DNA of 42,247 nucleotides from Dimargaris cristalligena (Eukaryota): NCBI GenBank assembly GCA_003614675.1, contig ML002319.1, positions 1 to 42,247 of the forward strand, read 5' to 3'. Shown piece by piece: positions 35,221 to 42,247 of this stretch (position 1 is its first letter; each line of letters starts with the position of its first letter). The notes under the pieces were generated by a model. It saw only the letters and a program-made list of their open reading frames with translations, ran no database searches and was not told where the DNA came from. The position numbers and the translations under genes were made by a program.

Positions 35221-35634
35221 TCACAAGTTGGCCGGGAAGAACAGATGGACGGAAATCTGGCCCCAGACGTTCCCGGCGATGTAAGGATCGGACTGAATCC
35301 ATTCACGCACTTGGGCCTCCGATTCGGCCTGGAAGACCAATACGCTGCCGATCATTTTAGCGTTGGGTTCGGTGTCGGACGATAGCATGGCCCCGGCCGA
35401 AACGAGGCGCTGCTCTTTCTTGGCGGTACTGGCTTGGGCCAAGTGGGCGGCCCGGGCGGCCTGGCGCCGCTGGGGGGCCTCGGCATCAGTGTGGTCCAAA
35501 GCATAGACGAGGTACTGTTTCTTAGGCGACATGGCGGTGTGTTGGTAACGTTTGAGGGAGTTTAGGGGTGTTGTACCCAGAATGGGGGATAGAAATAGAC
35601 GAGGGTTAAAAGGAGGGCTCAGGCGCTGGAACAT
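35221..35634 (-). CDS. YCII-related domain protein with presequence-like N-terminus (137 aa)
   Basis: YLVYALD...RRQAARAAHL...LVSAGAML...MIGSVLVFQAESEAQVREWIQSDPYIAGNVW is the YCII pattern; first ATG 35634, second ATG 35532. Confidence 0.88.
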   Translation of the reverse strand: MFQRLSPPFNPRLFLSPILGTTPLNSLKRYQHTAMSPKKQYLVYALDHTDAEAPQRRQAARAAHLAQASTAKKEQRLVSAGAMLSSDTEPNAKMIGSVLVFQAESEAQVREWIQSDPYIAGNVWGQISVHLFFPANL

Positions 35635-36141
35635 GAGAAAGGTAAGAGTCGCTTCGATAGGTAATGAGGGGAATGCGTATAACCGTTGTGGTCTAAGCAA
35701 GAGTTTACTGGATTTCAGCCCCCCCCCCTCTCCCTGATTGAGTAATAACTGCAACTGGGGGGCTGTGGCCTATTCTCACTGGAGGGCTGCACGGAGGGTG
35801 TAGATTTGGTAGAGTAGGATCAACGGCTCTGCAGCAATGGAAGGACTGGTGCAATATGAATTCCTTTATATGTTCTATTCGCCCTAGAACTGTAACCAAG
35901 CCCTTTTCTTGCATCTAAGCACTGGGGAGTTGAATTGGAATATTACACCCACTCGACCTCTTAACCAAATTGAAATTTATTTGCGTAATGAATATGAGGC
36001 ATGAGCATGGTTAAAAATTAGGCGACGGCCGCTGAAATTAGCGAATCCAGAGAAAATAATTCACTCCAAGGTGCACTTTGGTATAGAGAACATATTCAAG
36101 AGCATATTGAGCGGGCCAGCTCGGGACGCCCGACTCCTCCC

Positions 36142-37224
36142 TTAACAACCAACCTGATGGTCGAATTCAGGCAAAGCCCGCTTAAAGCCCAAGAACGGCA
36201 AGTCGATGGATTCCGAGGGCATTATCTCCGTGCCAACCGTTCCATCTACAGTCAGAGCCTGGCCCTCCACCAAGATATCAGTCACGAAGTTCACCTCACC
36301 CCACACACGGTCGACCAATTGTTCCAGACTCTGTTGAATGATGGCCGAAAGAGGGGCACTTGTCGTTTGTTCAATCCGTTTCATTTGATCCAGATAGCTA
36401 ATCCCCGGCTGAGGCATCCTAACATCCCGCTGGAGTTCCTCCTCAAGGTTCGTGGAGGGCTCGCCATAGACGGCCCCGAGGAGGCGCTGTAAATACTGCG
36501 CTACCCACTGGGCTCGACCTTGGTGGAGGGCCTTGACCAATGGGAAGTGCTGGATAATGAGGGCCCGATCGGGGAAGCGGGCCTTGGCACGAAAATCCAG
36601 GGTTGTAACGGCGTAGGGGCCTTTGGCAGCCTCCGCCAATTGGGCCCGGAATTCTTCGTCGACGATGGTCAGCAGATCCAACAGGCGGGCCTCCTCCAAG
36701 GCGGTTTCAAACTTCTGAATAGCGTCGGTATCGGCGGTCTGGTCGAGGGCATCGTGCATAAGATCGGCCAGCTGTTGTAATACGGGCAGAAGGGGATAGG
36801 TGACCGGTTCCGATATAAGGATAAAGGCAGATGGAAAGATTAGAGAGTAGTATTACTCGGTATCAATGAGTGTAGCAACCGGCAACTAAGCGGGTTGTAA
36901 ACCAGCGTATTGTATGGTCCAGTAACAGGCTAACGGGGGATAGGGGTATCCCGCGGCTCCATGTCTATTACATAGATAACTTACATTGTCCTCTCGCTCA
37001 CCCCATTCCAGGGCAACTTGAGGCAAACCAACACATGCGGATTGCTCAAAACCATTGGGTTCAATGTTTGAGCGCACGTTCGAAACGGGGGGCTGAACCG
37101 AACCAGTGGGAAATGAAACGACCACCGAATTATCAACCAACGGAGTCTTCCCAGGGACTGGGCTGGCCTTGGAGGCCGCCACAATAAAAATCAACGCAAC
37201 CGCGGCCGTCTGAGTTAATTTCAT
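36142..37224 (-). CDS. Secreted lineage-specific protein (289 aa; exons 37224..36985, 36771..36142)
   Basis: Signal MKLTQTAAVALIFIVAASKA-SPVP; donor GTAAGT at 36984, CTAAT branch near 36840, CAG acceptor 36774-36772; phase 0 join EREDN|LADLMHDAL into ORF 36142..36759. Confidence 0.82.
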
Positions 37225-37440
37225 GGTCAAGTGGATTATGAAACTGGTAGTAAAATTTACCGGATATGTTTTAATAAAATGCACTACAGCGATAGTCTAA
37301 TTGCGTATCTAACCGTAGCCCAAATGGGGGAGGTGATAATATAGTAACACGTCTCGGGAAGTAGTGACTCAATAAATGATGCTTAAGTGAAGATGCGTTC
37401 AATGGTTTGGCGACAGATAGGGAAAGGTTCCGGTATGGTC

Positions 37441-37448
37441 TTTATATA
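37441..37448 (-). promoter_or_regulatory. Putative TATA box of the secreted protein gene
   Basis: TATATAAA on the minus strand ~215 nt upstream of ATG 37224. Confidence 0.5.
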
Positions 37449-38701
37449 GCCAGAAGGGTGTTTCCACTACATACCCAGTGAACCCGTATTTCCTCCCAAT
37501 TGGGCGGATTGCATTCCGGCGGGCTTTGGTTCCCGTTGAACCGGCGAAATAAATAAATCTAGCGGCTTGGTTAGGTCAGGATAATTCAGCTAGCGAGGTC
37601 AGTATACCCGTGGCAGTGGGAGAGAAAATAATGTATACACGGAAGTAGTCGCATCGGCGAGGAAATATGTGCATGTTCCACACGCCGCGGACTAGTCGGA
37701 CTATGGCCAACTGGCCTCTATTCTCAAGCCCCTTTTTTAACGGATATGGTCATAAGGTAGAGCAATACTCTCTAGTGTATTTGGGGCCAACAGTATATGG
37801 GTAGTACCTGCCCTCCCTTCCTTATTCATTCTCTTGCTTCCAATCATATATTATTCCTCTTGGTTAAGGGGAGTCCTTTATGCGGTTGTGAAAGAACCTT
37901 ACGCCGGGCCTTGTTCCACAGCTATCTACTACAAATCAGCCTAAGGAATACGGGAATAACCATGGTGTCAATTGTACCGGTTTCCCTGTATATACTACAA
38001 GCCAAAAAAACTATCAAGGACTGGTCGGTTTGGAGTAGGGTTGGGGGGAAAGAAGGCTTAGTTTTCATGAGCATGGTAGACTGGAAAAGGGGCTGTGGTG
38101 CGACACCAAACGGTGCTTGGCTGGTGTGGTGAGAAAGTGAGACAGGGATAGAGTAACATGGTTAAATATCGCAAGTACAGCCCTAGGCATGGGTGCCTAA
38201 AATTATCAATATAAGCTATTTTACCGGCTCGGCAAAGTGAAAGCGAAAGGGACAATAACAACATCATTAAGTGTTTACCTCCAGCTAAAATAGATTAACC
38301 CACAGCTAGGTGTACCCGATTTTCGGGCAACTGGATTGGTACACACGTCGTATATTTGGCATTTGCGGTGAGCCCCTCCACTCTAGCATCCAGCAAGTGG
38401 GGTAAGGGGAAGGGGGAGCTGGCCCATCAGCTGAAGTAGTCTTAAGGGCATATCCACCTGATCAGCTAGGAGTCGGACCCTGGCGAAGCTCTTTTAGCCT
38501 CAGCTAACGGGACAAGTCACCCCAGTTGGCTCCAGCGGAAGTATGTTAATACTGGGAAACACCGATGTCCAAACGCACGCGTCAATTGACATTTCAAATG
38601 CCATAATGTAAAGCGAAAGTACAGTTTGATCACACACTTTGAGGGATCTAAGATAAATCAACCCCCACGACTTTGGTCATCCTTGGTAGCGCTTAGATTG
38701 A

Positions 38702-38737
<36 letters not shown>
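38702..38737. repeat. Compound microsatellite (AT)11(AG)7
   Basis: Directly visible. Confidence 0.95.
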
Positions 38738-38738
<1 letters not shown>

Positions 38739-39205
38739 AACAATTACCCAGGCGGGGTAGGTCAGCGATCTTCTCGCATATCTCTTTCCCAACCAATTTA
38801 TAGCTCTATTAGTCACTTTAATAACTAAAATTAAACGAAGGGGCCTCAGGTGAATGGGCAGTGCGCCCAAATTCATGGTACCCCACGAACCTCAAGGATG
38901 GCCTTTCCGGCGAATCAGGATCAAATGACGTCGAAGCCTCTACTGCGACAGGTGGCACCTTCGTACCTTCTAGGCACAAGGCGAGGTCCGGGGATATCAT
39001 TTGACGGCCGAAGACCCCTAAGGGCATTTTGCCAATGTGCCGGCAATTAGGCATGCAATCCCCTGGCGATAGACCAGAATATCCACCCGAGCATCTGCAT
39101 ATAAATACTTGCGCTGGTCCAAACTCTGCCGAATCATTAGCAGCATCTCCCTACCATCCATTTCACCATCTTTTTAGACCCCAATTGTTTGCTTTGCAGC
39201 CCACT

Positions 39206-39850
39206 ATGCGTAACCGCCAAAAGAGCACCGAGATTATAAAAACCAAGACCACGATGATTCTGACCCCCGTCCGGGCTGAGTCCACACCGGAGGAGTTGGA
39301 GTTGGCTCGTATCCGCGGCCGCATGCGCAGCGCGGCTCTGTTCGGAGCAGTGACCCACTTTTTCTTTATGCTCCGATCCAACCCCGACAACCGGTATGCC
39401 ACCCTCCAGAACTTTGTGGAAATGCTGCTATGCTATATTGGCTATAAGGGGGTTTTAGAGTATCAGCCCACGCTCGTCTTGATTTATATTATTTACTACT
39501 TAGGCGATATTGTGGCCTCAGGGGTGTCCCAGGCCATGGAGCTCAATACACTGCTGGCCAATGTGACCCTGCGCGATTTTATTTGTACTGTCGTGGGCAA
39601 TATTTTCGAGCCCCAAATCACCGAGAAGATGTGCCTGGATAACTTTGATTATGTGGCGGACTTGGCGATGGTTCTGCTTTTAATGGTCACGGCTTTCCGC
39701 TTCTATAAAAGCCTTGATACGTTCAAATTCTATAAGTACTGCCAAACCTCGCACAAAGAACTCCCCGCTGACCCCGAAGATGACCTGCTATCCCGCGCCT
39801 TCCATGTGGCACCCAACGCCCTGGTCTTCGGCAACAAAAAATTCATCTAG
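39206..39850 (+). CDS. Hypothetical multi-pass membrane protein (214 aa, about 4 hydrophobic segments)
   Basis: ATG 39206 within ORF 39029..39850, TATAAATA at 39100-39107; hydrophobic runs AALFGAVTHFFFML, FVEMLLCYIGY, LVLIYIIYYLGDIVA, LAMVLLLMVTAF; Cys pair in the loop before the last segment. Confidence 0.75.
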   Translation: MRNRQKSTEIIKTKTTMILTPVRAESTPEELELARIRGRMRSAALFGAVTHFFFMLRSNPDNRYATLQNFVEMLLCYIGYKGVLEYQPTLVLIYIIYYLGDIVASGVSQAMELNTLLANVTLRDFICTVVGNIFEPQITEKMCLDNFDYVADLAMVLLLMVTAFRFYKSLDTFKFYKYCQTSHKELPADPEDDLLSRAFHVAPNALVFGNKKFI

Positions 39851-40916
39851 ACCCCGCCGGGGCCGCCTGGGGAATGAGTTACAATTTGGATGATGGCGAT
39901 CCACGGGGTTCTACTTGCTTTTTGGCCGCTAATAAATATTACCAGGCCACTGCAAGTTAATAAGGGCAGCAACTTGCTGTGTTAGTAGCGGGCCATCTCA
40001 TTCATTAACCAATCATTAAAAGGCTGAATACCCGAACAACCGTGATTTCTCCGAAACCGGGGGATTGGTGAGCACAAATTAACCCGGGTGGTTCGCTGCG
40101 GAGAATTACGTATACAGTTTATGAGATGGTCAAATCACACATGGCAAAGCAGGGCCGGTTATTGGGTGTTTTTTCTTCGCCTATGCTTTTCTATAGGTTC
40201 ACCGCACCAGATTTGTGTGAGCTGTTGGCCCGGCTTTCCTACCAGAGGGGCTACGCGGTTCCCGGCAAGTACGGTTAACTAGGGCAATGTCTAGCAATTT
40301 CATGTGCTAGTTTATACCGCGGTCGGCCGGGTATGTTGCTGCACCCAGACTAAGAACGGGGGGAGGTATGGAAAGGAGAAAAAAACGGGGAGTTAACTTC
40401 CGGGTGGTCTCTTTGGGAGGTTTTTTTATCAGATCGACAGTGGGTGGATGAGACTGGCCCCGAAAAAATCCACCAATTAAATCCAATGGGAGAATTTCCG
40501 ATAGTCCGTATGACCCCCGCATATACTGTTCAGTGGATAACTAGTTAGGCGTGTCTAAAACAGATTAATAAATCCTGCGGCTGTCCCAACCACCACCCAC
40601 TTTGAATATATATATTGGTTTGTATCCTACGTAAACTCAAGCACCCTTCGTTTCTTTCCTGTCCGCTTACCCTGCTCTACTACTTTGCCCCCAATAAAGC
40701 ACATTCTACTCTACTTTACCTCCTCCCCTCACTCGGTCGTGTGACTTGCAGAGCAAACCTATCTTAAGACTATAAACTGAACCACTACCAACTTTACTGT
40801 ATTTTCACTGTTATTGAACATTTCTACAATATTTTATTAGCAGCTGCAGTGCCGATTGCGCCTGGCCATCATACTTTTCAATATCGGATTCAACCACTAT
40901 AATTTACTCCCCCTCC

Positions 40917-41915
40917 ATGTTTCGATCAACCGCGATCCGGCCCCTTACTGGCCGTCTTCCCTGGGCCCGGGCGACCACCCCCAACGCTACTGCCCGTTTG
41001 AGTCGCGCCTGGTACAACACCACTCCCAAAACCCTCGCCGAAGCCGAACCCACCCCAACTACCACTGTGGTCACTCCTGACCAAGACTCGTTGGGTTTCC
41101 AGTCCCAGCTGGTGAAAGACCCCACGAATGCGGCCCGACCCATCTACCTGGACGTACAGGCTACAACTCCGACCGATCCGCGGGTACTCGACGCCATGTT
41201 ACCGTACATGACCGAGATGTACGGCAACCCCCATTCCCGCACCCACAAGTACGGCTGGGAGACCGAAAAGGGCGTGGAGTGGGCCCGGCGTCAGCTGGCT
41301 TTGCTGGTGGGGGCCGATCCCAAGGAGATTATCTTCACCTCGGGCGCCACGGAGTCCAACAACATTAGCATCAAGGGCGTGGCCCGGTTCTACCGTAATA
41401 AGAAAAACCACATCATCACGACCCAGACGGAACACAAATGCGTCCTCGACTCGTGCCGGGTCCTGCAGGATGAGGGTTTCGAAGTCACCTATCTGCCGGT
41501 GCAGACCAATGGTCTGGTCGACCTGAAGGAATTGGAAAAGGCCATCCGGCCCACGACGGGTCTGGTCTCGATTATGACCGTGAACAACGAAATCGGAGTC
41601 ACCCAACCCATTACCGAGATTGGGGCCCTCTGTCGCCAGCATAAAATCTTCTTCCACACGGACGCCGCTCAGGCAGTAGGTAAAATTCCCGTGGACGTGA
41701 ACAAGCAAAACATCGATCTCATGTCGATTTCCGGTCACAAGATTTACGGTCCCAAGGGCATCGGGGCCCTCTATGTGCGTCGCCGACCTCGGGTGCGTCT
41801 CGAACCTATTCTGACGGGCGGCGGTCAAGAGCGTGGACTGCGGTCGGGCACCGTCCCCGCTCCCCTGGCCGTTGGATTGGGTGCCGCCAGTGCCCTTTGC
41901 CGGGCGGATATGGAG
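40917..41915 (+). CDS. NFS1: Mitochondrial cysteine desulfurase, exon 1; gene continues past the window end
   Basis: Presequence [78 protein letters not shown]-Lys motif [22 protein letters not shown]; donor GTAAGC at 41916; catalytic Cys region not yet reached. Confidence 0.97.
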
Positions 41916-42247
41916 GTAAGCTCACTTTAAATCTATCATTGTGTCAGGAGTATTTGTTAGATGTTTTGGGCGGTACTCAATCACTGACATCCGGTAACCT
42001 AATACTATCATCAGTGAGTATAGGGATGGGGATGAGAATAGAGGAAGAAGGTTCCCTATGATTACAATGGTATCCCGTCCATATGTATCGAATGGCCGCC
42101 AACCTGTCACGAACCCGTGCCTTCCTCCCATCCATTGGGATATGCTGGTTTGAGAAATCTTTACTGGCACCTCCCAAGGGGATGGGTGCGGTCGGGTGAT
42201 GTGTGATGTGCAGGGGTTATGAGGGATCCACCTTTTCTTTAGTTCCT

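Noticed and set aside
41199..41828. 209-aa minus-strand ORF
   Set aside because: Antisense shadow of NFS1.
1..42247. CRISPR arrays, rRNA, transposases/reverse transcriptases, prokaryotic operons
   Set aside because: None seen; the sequence is intron-containing eukaryotic DNA.

Overview
Eukaryotic, fungal-type genomic DNA with GT-AG introns, mostly ~160-280 nt; no prokaryotic, CRISPR, tRNA or mobile-element signal was found. Gene content suggests an early-diverging fungus, possibly a Zoopagomycota parasite such as Dimargaris (inference). I reconstructed 13 protein-coding loci by hand and checked splice phases against the ORF track. Conserved or recognisable genes: Aladin-like WD40 nucleoporin, divergent HSF-type transcription factor, URA6-like kinase, YCII protein and NFS1 (partial). 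There are three tandem paralog pairs of secreted or surface proteins: (i) a family whose complete member has signal peptide + F-box-like motif, (ii) Kelch-repeat single-pass membrane proteins, (iii) signal peptide + ricin-B-like lectin + novel helical domain with a Cry-toxin domain-I-like segment, one copy frameshifted. There is also an orphan secreted protein, an orphan multi-TM protein and a ~9.5 kb gene-free region upstream of the HSF-like gene. The best candidates for an undescribed system are the lectin/Cry-like secreted pair and the secreted F-box effector family.
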